This document shows positions 28,589-37,971 of a stretch of DNA of 64,000 bases, one piece after another. The notes under the pieces were generated by a model. It saw only the letters and a program-made list of their open reading frames with translations. It had not been told where the DNA came from and did no database searches. The translations under genes were made by a program, and so were the position numbers. The stretch's first letter is position 1. Each line of letters starts with the position of its first letter. Source of the stretch: Nitrosopumilaceae archaeon (GTDB lineage: Archaea > Thermoproteota > Nitrososphaeria > Nitrososphaerales > Nitrosopumilaceae); contig CBDBCR010000003.1 of the NCBI GenBank assembly GCA_965203465.1, forward strand, positions 608,001-672,000, written 5' to 3'.

Positions 28589-29937
28589 CGCAGCCACTCC
28601 AGGTCGTTTTCGTAGAACGCGCGCACGTCCGATACGCCCATCTTGAGCATCGCTATGCGCTCTATGCCCCCTCCCCAGGCCAGCACGCCGCCGTCCGAGC
28701 CGAGAGATTCGCGGCGCAGCATCCCCATGCCGAACAGTTCCACCCAGCGGCCCCCGGGGCCGCGCACCATCGCCTGCAGGGACGGCTCGGTGTACGGAAA
28801 GAACGTGGGCCAGAACGTCACCTCGCCTAGGCCCAGCTTTGCGTACAGCTCCGACTGCATCCCCACCAGGTCCCTCAGGCCCAGGCCGGGGGCGCGCACG
28901 AGCCCCTCCACCTGGTGGAACTCGGAGAGGTGCTTGCGGCTGGCCTTTTCGTTGCGGAACACGCGCCCCATCGAAAAAACCCGCACGTCGCCGTCGGACT
29001 CGTCTAGGTGCCTGACCGTCACGCACGTGGTGTGCGTGCGCATGACCATCCTGCGCGAGGGCCCCTCTTTCCACTCGTACCCCCACCCGCGCCGGTGGGC
29101 CTCCGAGACGCGCGCCACCTGGCCGGGCGAGGCCACCGAGCCGAGGCGCGCGCCGGGCCCGTCGAGGAAGAACGTGTCCTGCATCTCGCGCGCCGGGTGA
29201 TCCTGCGGCGTGTACAGCGCGTCAAAGTTCCAAAAGCTGGCCTGCGCCAGATCTCCGCGTATCTCGGAAAACCCCATCGAGACGAGCGCCTCGCGCATCT
29301 CGGCCATCGTCTCCGTAAGCGGGTGCCTCCTCGCGGGAAACGCGACGGGCGCGTCGGCCTCGACGTCGATGGCCCCCTCCACGGACTTTTCCGGCACCGC
29401 GGCGGACGCGGAGAGCGAGAACGTGCGGCGGGATCTCCGGCGTTCGGCCGCGAGGCCGCGTGAGACCAGTACTTGCAGCGCCTTTGTGTCGGCGAGGCCG
29501 GCCGCCATGCCGGTCGTCCCTATCTCGTAGAGAAGCTTTTCGTAGGGCGGCGCGTCATGCCGGCCGGACGCGCGCAGCGTTTTCCCGTCGACGCTTATCC
29601 AGCCGGCCCTGCGCGCGGCCCCCATGGCGACGCCGAACTCGTCGCCCATCGACTCGCGCGCTTGCGCCATGTCGGCGGCGCCGGACAGCACCAGCTCCAG
29701 AAGCCGCCTCTCGGGCAGTTTCGCCTCGAGCGATTCGGCGCCCCTCGGCTCTAGCCGTACGAGCGACTCGGTCTTTTCTTCGGCGTTCACCAGTCTCTTT
29801 CCCAGCAGCCACTCGACGCCGCGGCGCGCCTGGTCTTTGGACACGCCCGCGCGCTCCGCCAAGTCTTCGAGCTCCGCGGGGCCCGAGCCGCGCAGCGCTC
29901 CCACTATCCTCCTCTCTATGTCGTGGAGGACTGCCAA
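28579..29937 (-). CDS. pheS: Phenylalanine--tRNA ligase alpha subunit
   Basis: FWNFDAL, HPAREMQDTF, RTHTT, FFPYTEPS. Confidence 0.95.
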   Translation of the reverse strand: MAVLHDIERRIVGALRGSGPAELEDLAERAGVSKDQARRGVEWLLGKRLVNAEEKTESLVRLEPRGAESLEAKLPERRLLELVLSGAADMAQARESMGDEFGVAMGAARRAGWISVDGKTLRASGRHDAPPYEKLLYEIGTTGMAAGLADTKALQVLVSRGLAAERRRSRRTFSLSASAAVPEKSVEGAIDVEADAPVAFPARRHPLTETMAEMREALVSMGFSEIRGDLAQASFWNFDALYTPQDHPAREMQDTFFLDGPGARLGSVASPGQVARVSEAHRRGWGYEWKEGPSRRMVMRTHTTCVTVRHLDESDGDVRVFSMGRVFRNEKASRKHLSEFHQVEGLVRAPGLGLRDLVGMQSELYAKLGLGEVTFWPTFFPYTEPSLQAMVRGPGGRWVELFGMGMLRRESLGSDGGVLAWGGGIERIAMLKMGVSDVRAFYENDLEWLRCR

Positions 29938-29990
29938 CGCGGCGGAGCACCCGAAAAGACTTTTTAAACCTTGAGCGGCCCGCGCGGAAA

Positions 29991-31112
29991 ATGCCCGCCG
30001 ATGAGAGCGGCTTTGTCGTGACGCCGTGGCACGTCGAGGGCCGGATAGACTACGACAGGCTTGTGGAAAAGTTCGGCACCGAGAGGATGACCGAGCGGAT
30101 GCGCGAGAGCATACGCGAGGCTGCCGGCGAGGATCATTTCATGCTGCGGCGCGGCGTGTTCTTTTCCCACCGCGACATGGGGCAGATACTCGATTCGCAC
30201 GCGCGCGGCGACGGCTTTTTCCTGTACACCGGGCGCGGCCCCTCCGGGCACACGCACATAGGGCACCTGCTCCCCTGGGTCTTCGCGAAGTGGATCCAGG
30301 ACAGGTTCGGCGCGCGCATGTACTTTCAGCTCACCGACGACGAAAAGTTCTACGCAAAAGAGGGCCTCTCGCTGGAAAAGGCCTCCGAATTCGCCGCCGA
30401 GAACGCGCTCGACTTTGCCGCGCTCGGCTTCGATCCTGGCAGGACGCGCATCATAGTCAACACGCGCGACATCGCCAGGCTGTACCCGGCAGCCGCGCAG
30501 GCGGCCAAAAGGATAAACTTTTCCAACACAAAGGCCACGTTCGGGTTCTCGGGCCAGACCAACATAGGCATGGTGTTCTATACCGCCCTGCAGTCGGCCC
30601 CCTGCTTTCTGGAGGACATGCCGGTGCTCATACCGCTCGGCGTCGACCAGGATCCGCACTTTAGGCTCACGCGCGACGTGGCCCCGCGCATGGGCAGGCC
30701 CAAGCCCTCGCTGATACACAACGTGATGCTGCCGCCGCTAGGCGGCATGGGCGGCAAGATGTCCGCCTCGGATCCCAACGGCACCATATACACCACGGAC
30801 GGGCCCGGGCAGGTGCGCAGGAAGGTGCTAAAGTACGCGTTCTCCGGCGGCAGGGCCGACGCGGCCGAGCACAGGCGCCTCGGGGGGGATCCCGACGTGG
30901 ACGTGTCCTTTCAGTACCTTCGGATGTTCTTCGAGCCCGACGATTCGAGGCTGGAACATATACGCGAGCAGTACTCGTCGGGCAGCATGCTGACCGGCGA
31001 GCTCAAGCAGATACTGGTGGACAAGGCCAACGAGTTCCTCGCCGGGCACCAGGCCAGGCGCGAGCAGGCGCGCGGCAGCATCGGCGACTTCATGTGGGGG
31101 CCGGATGGATGA
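29991..31112 (+). CDS. trpS: Tryptophan--tRNA ligase
   Basis: VTPW, YTGRGPS, HIGH, DQDPHF, KMSAS. Confidence 0.95.
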   Translation: MPADESGFVVTPWHVEGRIDYDRLVEKFGTERMTERMRESIREAAGEDHFMLRRGVFFSHRDMGQILDSHARGDGFFLYTGRGPSGHTHIGHLLPWVFAKWIQDRFGARMYFQLTDDEKFYAKEGLSLEKASEFAAENALDFAALGFDPGRTRIIVNTRDIARLYPAAAQAAKRINFSNTKATFGFSGQTNIGMVFYTALQSAPCFLEDMPVLIPLGVDQDPHFRLTRDVAPRMGRPKPSLIHNVMLPPLGGMGGKMSASDPNGTIYTTDGPGQVRRKVLKYAFSGGRADAAEHRRLGGDPDVDVSFQYLRMFFEPDDSRLEHIREQYSSGSMLTGELKQILVDKANEFLAGHQARREQARGSIGDFMWGPDG

Positions 31113-31387
31113 TCGCGGTGTTCGCCTGCCAGGACAGGTACGAGGCGCAAAAACTCGCGGGCTTGGTGTACGGCGCCGGCCAAAAGACGTACGTAGAGCG
31201 CATACTCAACGTCGTGGGCAGCGAGGTCGTCATGGGCGCCTCGGACATGTCCGCGCACAGCGTCATGATGCTGGATCACGACGAGGCCGAATCGATCGCC
31301 GGGTTCCTGCAGTCGGTGCTCGACGGCGAGCACGCCGTGGAAGGGGCCGAGATCTCGGGCGCGCGCGTGCGGATCTCAAAGTCCTAG
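31109..31387 (+). CDS. Hypothetical protein
   Basis: ATGA overlap with the trpS stop. Confidence 0.65.
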   Translation: MIAVFACQDRYEAQKLAGLVYGAGQKTYVERILNVVGSEVVMGASDMSAHSVMMLDHDEAESIAGFLQSVLDGEHAVEGAEISGARVRISKS

Positions 31388-31725
31388 CCGCTAGCGCGCA
31401 GCTGCTCGAGCACCCGCATAAAGTACACGCCCGTGGTGTACGGCATCCGAGGTATGCTTTCTTCGATGGCGCCTTCGAGGTACCTGACGGCCCGGCGCGA
31501 GACGTCGAGGCGGAACTTCATTGGCAGCACCGGATCCTGCCTCGCCGAGATCAGATCCCGGAGGTGCGCGGGGGCAGAGGCGCGCGCGTCCGAGACCACC
31601 TTTTCGTACCACGGCGCTATCCAGCGCGGCTGCAGCCCCTCCTGCATGACGGCCACGTCCGAGTCCAGCCTTTCGAGCATCCGGTCTATGACGGCCACGG
31701 CCCGGATCGCCGCGTCCGTATTTAG
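31384..31725 (-). CDS. Hypothetical protein (start uncertain)
   Basis: Protein-like segment NTDAAIRAVAVIDRML...PYTTGVYFMRVLE directly downstream of coaD. Confidence 0.5.
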   Translation of the reverse strand, partial: LNTDAAIRAVAVIDRMLERLDSDVAVMQEGLQPRWIAPWYEKVVSDARASAPAHLRDLISARQDPVLPMKFRLDVSRRAVRYLEGAIEESIPRMPYTTGVYFMRVLEQLRASG

Positions 31726-32177
31726 GCGGGCGGGCCGCCGTCTGCCGAGATCTCGCCGCGCCGCACGCGCGTGCCCGATATGCGCGCGCCGTCGTGGGCG
31801 CGCGCCATCGGCACCACCACCGTCTCGACCGGCCCCAGCCCGAGCCGGGCGCGCAGACGGTTGAGCCGCTCGCCGGCCCCGGCGGTCTCCTCGCTTACCA
31901 CCAGCGCATCGACGCGCGGGCTCAGCGCCGCCGGCCCGAATTCGTCGTCCAGCCGGGCTATCTCCCACGAGCCGCCCAGCCTCCCGAGCAGCGCCCCGAG
32001 CGACCTTTCCCTCTGGGGGTACGGGCGCGGCGACTTTCTGCGGCGCGCGGCGAACGCGTCGGTGGCCAGACCGACTATCAGGTGCGGGCGGGCGGCCAGC
32101 GCGGCGCGCAAGAGCTGCTCGTGGCCTCGGTGGAGCACGTCGAACGTGCCGCCGACGGCGGCCGCGCGGCGGTCCAT
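31722..32177 (-). CDS. coaD: Phosphopantetheine adenylyltransferase
   Basis: VGGTFDVLHRGH, VVSEET, ISGTRVRRGEI. Confidence 0.9.
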   Translation of the reverse strand: MDRRAAAVGGTFDVLHRGHEQLLRAALAARPHLIVGLATDAFAARRRKSPRPYPQRERSLGALLGRLGGSWEIARLDDEFGPAALSPRVDALVVSEETAGAGERLNRLRARLGLGPVETVVVPMARAHDGARISGTRVRRGEISADGGPPA

Positions 32178-32208
32178 GCGCCCCCCGCGCCCCGCCCCGA
32201 AAATAAAC

Positions 32209-33258
32209 CTAGTTGACCCGCACCAGCGCCGTCGGGCCGGCCGGCGCCAGCGCCGAAAAAGAGTCGTCCCAGACGAACGTCTCGACGAAGTAGTTGCCCG
32301 CCCTCTCGGGCACCCACGAGACCGAGGCGGTGGCCGACCGCGAACCGTAGAACGCCCCCTCGAAGGTTCCCACGAACTCGACGTACGGGTCCGCGCCGAA
32401 CCGCTTGACCTGCACCAGGTACACGAACTGCTGCACGCGGTCGCCCGGCGCCGGCGTGAACACCAGCGTGCTCGTAAAGTCGACGGCCGATCCCGCGCGC
32501 GCCCGCTCGCCGCCGGGGCCCGAGGCCGACACGTCCGATATGTTCACGAGGCGCGAGGGGGGCGTGTTCTCCCGCGCCGGTATCTTTTGCTCCACGTATT
32601 CCGAGACGAGCACGTCGGATTCTGCCACCGCCACCAGCCGGACCGCGCGCTCGTTGAACGGGCCGGAAAACTCCAGGGACAGCGCGCCGCCGGGCAGCAT
32701 CCCGCCCAGCTCCACCGTCTCTACGTTCAGCAGCCGCGGGGGATCGAACACGTCGTAGAACAGGAGGTGCACGCGCGCCTCGCCGGACGGCACGCCCGAG
32801 GCGTTGCGGACGATCCCCGAGATTTCGATGTCGCCCAGGTTGCGCACGCCGTCTATGGAGACCTCCAGTTCCGGTATGCGCGAGGGCGCCGAGTCGAACG
32901 TCTCGACGTCTATCGAGACGTGCAGTATGCTAGGATCGGCCGACGCGGACCGTATGATGTACGGCGAGCGGCCCTCGGACGGCACGACGTCTAGCAGCGT
33001 GGGCCCGCGCACCACCTCCACCACGTCGCCGCCCTCGTCGTAGAACGTGGCGCGCACGACGACGCCGGACATCGCGGTGAGCTCGTTGCTGTTTTCCACC
33101 TCGCCGACCACCGCCACCCGTCCGTCGGAGCCTCGGTAAAAGTACGGCGAGTCCGACGTGGCCGCCACCGACAGGGTGGGCAGGCTGTCTATGGATTCCT
33201 GGGCGGCCGCGGCGGGCACCGCCAGGAACGCCAGCGCGAGCAGGAGCCTCAAGTCCAT
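32209..33258 (-). CDS. Secreted protein with Ig-like (FxLYD-type) domains
   Basis: Signal peptide; VVGEVEN..RATFYD; HLLFYD; YFVETFVW. Confidence 0.75.
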   Translation of the reverse strand: MDLRLLLALAFLAVPAAAAQESIDSLPTLSVAATSDSPYFYRGSDGRVAVVGEVENSNELTAMSGVVVRATFYDEGGDVVEVVRGPTLLDVVPSEGRSPYIIRSASADPSILHVSIDVETFDSAPSRIPELEVSIDGVRNLGDIEISGIVRNASGVPSGEARVHLLFYDVFDPPRLLNVETVELGGMLPGGALSLEFSGPFNERAVRLVAVAESDVLVSEYVEQKIPARENTPPSRLVNISDVSASGPGGERARAGSAVDFTSTLVFTPAPGDRVQQFVYLVQVKRFGADPYVEFVGTFEGAFYGSRSATASVSWVPERAGNYFVETFVWDDSFSALAPAGPTALVRVN

Positions 33259-33358
33259 CAATAGTAGTACCCCGTGCCCAAATAAAGGCGTGTGTGTCTG
33301 ATAAATTAGACACAGGGGTCAAAACCAGTGCGTCCGGCGGCCGGCGAAAAAGAAAAGG

Positions 33359-33466
33359 CTAGCGCCTCTTTTTCATCGCGGTGATCGCCAGCCAATACAC
33401 AAGGCCCGGTGCCAATCCTACTATGAGTGGAATCCATACCGGCCATCCGTCTACTGCGCTTGCCAT
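33359..33466 (-). CDS. Small single-TM protein (35 aa), not in the ORF track
   Basis: MASAVDGWPVWIPLIVGLAPGLVYWLAITAMKKRR; ATTTAAAT box about 23 nt upstream; T-rich run right after the stop. Confidence 0.65.
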   Translation of the reverse strand: MASAVDGWPVWIPLIVGLAPGLVYWLAITAMKKRR

Positions 33467-33570
33467 GGGTGGGGGCCCAGCCGGTGGTATTTAAATCCAA
33501 CCCCGGCCCGGCTCCGATCGCCTTCCCGAGGCCACAAATAATATAATAGCACGGTCACACAAGGCACCGC

Positions 33571-33678
33571 ATGGCCACAGTAGCAGTTACGGGCGATCCC
33601 AAGCTAGCCAGTTTCCCGGCTAGCCGAATAGCCAAGGAACGCGGGATCGACTGGCCCGTCGAGTCGGATCCCGACTAA
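33571..33678 (+). CDS. Possible small protein (35 aa)
   Basis: MATVAVTGDPKLASFPASRIAKERGIDWPVESDPD; AT-rich TATA-like box about 23 nt upstream. Confidence 0.35.
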   Translation: MATVAVTGDPKLASFPASRIAKERGIDWPVESDPD

Positions 33679-33771
33679 AGCCCGCCGGCGAAGGCCAGAA
33701 TCCGCGGCCGAAGTGCAGTCCGCCCCAGATTCGGAACAACCCTTTAAACCAAAACCCTCGCATACCGTCCC

Positions 33772-34494
33772 ATGGCGGAGATCAACGTGCTGGTCGCGGC
33801 GCTGGCGGGGATCGGCTCGTTCGTGGCCCCCTGCATACTGCCCATGATACCCGCGTTCCTCGCGTACATCTCCGGCACCACCCTGCACGCGTCCGGCGGC
33901 TCGGTGGTCACGGTCAACCGCTCGCGCGTCATACTCAACGCGGCCTTTTTCGTGGCCGGGTTCTCGCTGGTCTTTTCCATACTCGGCGCCCTCATAAACG
34001 GGGTGCTGGCAGGCTCGTCCGCCGAGCTGATCACCGGCCTCAACCAGGTCGGCGGCGTCATCATAGTGGGGTTCGGCGCGTTCCTGATGCTCTCGACCCG
34101 GATAGCCCGCCTCAACATGGAGGCCCGCATCCTGCCCAAGCGCGAAAAGGCCAGCTACCCCATGTCGTTCCTGTTCGGCCTGGCCTTTGCCGCGGGCTGG
34201 ACCCCGTGCGTGGGCCCGGTTCTGGGAACCATACTCACGCTGGCTGCCACCACGCCGGGCATCGCGTTCAACCTGCTGCTGGCCTACTCGCTGGGCCTCG
34301 GCGTGCCGTTCATGCTGATGGCCGTCTTTTTCTCGCGCGCCACGCGCGTGGTGCGCGCCATGACGCGCCACCTAAAGTACTATTCGCTGGCCCTGGGCGC
34401 GTTCATCGTGGCCCTCGGGGTCCTGGTGTTCTTCAACCAGCTTGCGTACATCGCGAGCTTTCCGCTGCTGGGGGACCTGCTCCTGCTAGGGTGA
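33772..34494 (+). CDS. ccdA: CcdA/DsbD-type membrane electron transporter
   Basis: APCILPM and GWTPCVGP. Confidence 0.9.
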   Translation: MAEINVLVAALAGIGSFVAPCILPMIPAFLAYISGTTLHASGGSVVTVNRSRVILNAAFFVAGFSLVFSILGALINGVLAGSSAELITGLNQVGGVIIVGFGAFLMLSTRIARLNMEARILPKREKASYPMSFLFGLAFAAGWTPCVGPVLGTILTLAATTPGIAFNLLLAYSLGLGVPFMLMAVFFSRATRVVRAMTRHLKYYSLALGAFIVALGVLVFFNQLAYIASFPLLGDLLLLG

Positions 34495-34498
34495 TTCG

Positions 34499-35587
34499 AT
34501 GAGATCCGAGGCAAAGACCGCAATATTCATGGGGATAGCCGTGGTGGCCATCGCCGGCATCGCCAGCCTGTGGCTGCAGCAGCTGGACGCGCCCGCAGAG
34601 CCGGTCGTGGCGCCGGACGGCACGCTGGACAAGAGCGGCCTTCCCACCGCGCCGGGCCTTGCCGGCATCGCGGGGTACATCAACACCTCCGAGGCCGAGC
34701 TCGCCTCGGCCATGGAGGGCAAGGTGGTCATGTACGACATTTGGACGTACAGCTGCATAAACTGCGTGCGGACGCTGCCCCACATCACCGCGTGGGACGA
34801 CAAGTACGCCGACAAGGGCCTGCTCATAATAGGGGTGCACACGCCCGAGTTCGAGTTCGAAAAGGACTTCGACAACGTCTCGAGGGCGGTCCAAAAGCAC
34901 GGCATCGCCTACCCCGTCGTCATGGACAACGACCGCGAGATATGGGACGCCTTCGAGAACAGGTACTGGCCGCGCAAGTACATCGCCGACCACGAGGGGT
35001 TCATACGCTACGATCACATAGGCGAGGGCGCCTACGCCGAGACCGAGCGGGTCATACAGGACCTGCTCGCCGAGCGGGCCGCGTCGATGGGCCTAGGCGT
35101 CGCCTCGGCCGAGCCGCTCGTCGACATCGGCGAGTTCGAGCACACGCGCATGCGCACGCCCGAGCTGTACCTGGGGTACCAGCTCGCCTTCGGCCGCAGC
35201 CAGCTGGGCAACGAGGAGGGCTTCCGCCCCGGCCAGACTGTCAGCTACCAGGTGCCCGGCTCGCAGGCCCGGCACATGTTCTACATGGGCGGCGACTGGC
35301 AGAACAATTCCGACCACATGAGGATGGTCTCGCCGGAGGGCCGCATAGTGCTGCCCTACGAGGCAAAGCAGGTCAACATAGTCGCCTCGGGCGCGGCCCT
35401 CGTCGAGGTCTCGCTGGACGGCGCGCCCGTGCCCGGCCGCATAGCAGGCTCCGACCTCGACGGCTCGGCCCTGCGCATAGACGGCCCCGGCCTGTACAAC
35501 GTCATAGAGGGCGGGATCGCCGAGGGGCACACCATCGAGCTGAGGGCGTCGGGGGATCTCGAAATGTACACGTTCACCTTCGGGTGA
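34499..35587 (+). CDS. Membrane-anchored thioredoxin-like (DipZ C-terminal-like) protein
   Basis: WTYSCINC, GVHTPEF, NRYWP, TPELYLG, YTFTFG. Confidence 0.88.
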   Translation: MRSEAKTAIFMGIAVVAIAGIASLWLQQLDAPAEPVVAPDGTLDKSGLPTAPGLAGIAGYINTSEAELASAMEGKVVMYDIWTYSCINCVRTLPHITAWDDKYADKGLLIIGVHTPEFEFEKDFDNVSRAVQKHGIAYPVVMDNDREIWDAFENRYWPRKYIADHEGFIRYDHIGEGAYAETERVIQDLLAERAASMGLGVASAEPLVDIGEFEHTRMRTPELYLGYQLAFGRSQLGNEEGFRPGQTVSYQVPGSQARHMFYMGGDWQNNSDHMRMVSPEGRIVLPYEAKQVNIVASGAALVEVSLDGAPVPGRIAGSDLDGSALRIDGPGLYNVIEGGIAEGHTIELRASGDLEMYTFTFG

Positions 35588-35622
35588 GGTTAAATAGCAA
35601 CTCGACGACTAGGCCCTAGGCA

Positions 35623-36243
35623 ATGATCTCGGAGCGCTGGAACCGCGGGGGCGGCGGCATACTTGGCAGCGTGCGCCAGGAAGAGCCCCTCAAGGCCCGC
35701 GTGGACGCTGCGCAGAAAAAGCTGGACGTCCACATTTCAAAGCTCGAATCGATACACACAAAGCTGCAGCGCAAGCACGAGGCCCTCTTCGAGAGGATAG
35801 TCTCGGCCCAGCGCCGCCACGACTCGGTGTACGCAAAGGCGTACGCCGGCGAGCTGGCCCAGGTGCGCAAGATGCGCGACATGGTCCACGGCGCAAAGCT
35901 GGCCATGGAGCAGGTGCGCCTGAGGCTCAACACGGTCTCGGAGCTTGGCGACGTGGTCGTCACGCTCAGCCCCTGCATGTCGATGGTGCGCGGCCTCAGC
36001 TCGGCCATAGGCGGCATGATGCCCGAGGCGAGCTCGTCCATGCAGGACCTGCAGTCCATAGTCGGGGACCTGGTCAGCAACTCGTCGGTGGCCTCTTCGC
36101 TCGGCGCGCCGGCGGCGCCGGCCGGCGGAGAGGCGCAGTCCATACTGGCCGAGGCGCAGGCTGTCATGGAGAGCCGCGCCAAGTCGAGCATACCCGAGGT
36201 GCCCTCCGAGCTCGGCGAGCAGCGCCAGAAGAGCTGGGCGTAG
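35623..36243 (+). CDS. ESCRT-III/Snf7 family protein (CdvB paralog)
   Basis: YAGELAQVRKM, LAMEQVRLRLNTVSELGDVVVTLSP. Confidence 0.88.
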   Translation: MISERWNRGGGGILGSVRQEEPLKARVDAAQKKLDVHISKLESIHTKLQRKHEALFERIVSAQRRHDSVYAKAYAGELAQVRKMRDMVHGAKLAMEQVRLRLNTVSELGDVVVTLSPCMSMVRGLSSAIGGMMPEASSSMQDLQSIVGDLVSNSSVASSLGAPAAPAGGEAQSILAEAQAVMESRAKSSIPEVPSELGEQRQKSWA

Positions 36244-36283
36244 GCGTGGTGACGTTTTTTAGTGCGGCGCCGCTCGGCCGCGC

Positions 36284-36655
36284 GTGTCCGAATTCGAGGT
36301 GACCCACCAGGCCCGCCTGATAGAGCGGGACGGGCCCCTGTGCGCGATCATAGACGCCGATCCCACGTGCAGGCAGGCGTGTTCCAGGCTTCTGGAATCG
36401 GGCTACGAGTACAACCTGAAGGGCCTGATACTGCGCAGCCCCGACGGCCACCGGATGGGGTGCAGGTACGCGCTGCGCGGCGGCTCCGAATACCTGGACT
36501 ACCGCGTGGCCCCGTCCAACGAATGGATCACCCGGCTTTTGAGCTCCAAAAAGATAGCCATAGCCGACGCGTCCGGCGAGCCGGTCCTGGTCGAGGATGG
36601 CCTGTGGACCGGCGACATCGAGGAGGTGCTGCGCCGGTTCTACTCGCCCGGCTAG
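36284..36655 (+). CDS. Hypothetical protein
   Basis: 123 aa, host-like codon usage. Confidence 0.65.
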   Translation: MSEFEVTHQARLIERDGPLCAIIDADPTCRQACSRLLESGYEYNLKGLILRSPDGHRMGCRYALRGGSEYLDYRVAPSNEWITRLLSSKKIAIADASGEPVLVEDGLWTGDIEEVLRRFYSPG

Positions 36656-37716
36656 CCCAGCGCGGACTCGATGGCGGCGGCGAACGATTCGAACGGCTTG
36701 GCCCCGCTGATCAGGACGTAGCCCGAGGAGTCGCTGCCCACGAAGAACGCCGGCGTGCCGGTGGCCCCGTACGAGGATCCGTCGCGCTTGTCGGCCTCGA
36801 TCTCCGCGTCGGTCTCGGGCGAGTCGAGGCACTCGGCGAACGCCGAGGCGTCCAGCGAGAGCAGCTGCGCGTATTCCGAGACGCGCTCGCGCATCAGCTC
36901 CGGGGCAAGGGGGCTCCACTCGCCCTGCCTGTCGAAGAGCACGTCGTGGTACGGCCAGAACTTGCCCTGCTCGTCTGCGCACTCGGCCGCCGCGTGGGCC
37001 ACGCGCGCGTTGGGGTGTATGCGGTCTATCGGAAAGTCCCGGTACACCAGCTTTGCGGCGCCGGCCTCGATGTATGTGGCCTTGATGAGCGGCAGGGTCT
37101 CCTTGTAGAACCGGCTGCAGAACGGGCACTCAAAGTCTGAAAACTCCACAATGGTGACGGGCGCGTCGGGCATGCCCAGCACGGGATCGTCGTCGGCAGA
37201 GACCAGGGCGGGCCGGGGCGGGGCGGCTGGTGCGGAGGCGGGGGCCGGCCGCACCGCCGAGGCCAGCGCGGCGTCCAGCTGCGCGCGCGTGACGTAATCG
37301 TTGTCCGACGACACGACGTATCCGGCAAAGAACGCGCCGACCGCGATGCCGGCGATGGCCGTGGCCACCAGCCCCAGGTAGGCGCCGCGCGCCATGGTTA
37401 TGCGGGGCTCGCCCCCGGTTTCCGCGCCGCTGGAAGTACCTCTGGCGCCCGCCTGCGCGGCGCCGTCCTCATCTTTTCCGGGAGGGGCCGCTTTGGCCGC
37501 GGGCCCGTCTGCCTGGTCCGGGCGCTCTGCGGGCGCCCCGTCGCCCTCTTCGGCTTGGGCGCTGCCGGCAGTCTCGGAAGAGATCCCCGCCTGCGGGCCG
37601 CCGTCGGGGGCGTCCCCTTCCCGGGCAGGCGGGCCCGCGCGGGCGCCGCCGGAAATCTCGTCGTTGCCGGAGGCGTCTTTTGCAGCTACGCCGCTGCCGT
37701 CCTGCTCGCCTTTCAC
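36652..37716 (-). CDS. DsbA-family thiol-disulfide oxidoreductase with low-complexity N-terminus and TM anchor (start uncertain)
   Basis: FSDFECPFC, YRDFP, GATGTPAF. Confidence 0.85.
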   Translation of the reverse strand: MKGEQDGSGVAAKDASGNDEISGGARAGPPAREGDAPDGGPQAGISSETAGSAQAEEGDGAPAERPDQADGPAAKAAPPGKDEDGAAQAGARGTSSGAETGGEPRITMARGAYLGLVATAIAGIAVGAFFAGYVVSSDNDYVTRAQLDAALASAVRPAPASAPAAPPRPALVSADDDPVLGMPDAPVTIVEFSDFECPFCSRFYKETLPLIKATYIEAGAAKLVYRDFPIDRIHPNARVAHAAAECADEQGKFWPYHDVLFDRQGEWSPLAPELMRERVSEYAQLLSLDASAFAECLDSPETDAEIEADKRDGSSYGATGTPAFFVGSDSSGYVLISGAKPFESFAAAIESALG

Positions 37717-37971
37717 GCCGGGCGCCCTGAGCCGCCCAAATATGTAGCAAGCGTCTTTGTTCTGCAACTCCTGCTCGTGCCTGAGCGTGGCGGTTTTTGG
37801 GCTGATCGGGTTCCCGTAGGAGTGGGAAAACGAATTGCCGAACAAAACCTCGGGTAAGCGGTCAGGTCGGGGGATAGCCTAGTCACGAAAAAGCGCCACA
37901 TGTGGATCGGGCCGTGCCTAAATGCAAGCCAGACCTGACCGGTTACAACCTCGGCCGCAATAGGGTTTTTA

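Noticed and set aside
30882-30888. G7 run in trpS (similarly G7 in rrp42)
   Set aside because: Short runs in essential genes, within chance expectation
33772-37716. ccdA/thioredoxin/DsbA genes around an ESCRT-III gene as a novel system
   Set aside because: All are common families in this lineage; nothing in the sequence links them beyond proximity
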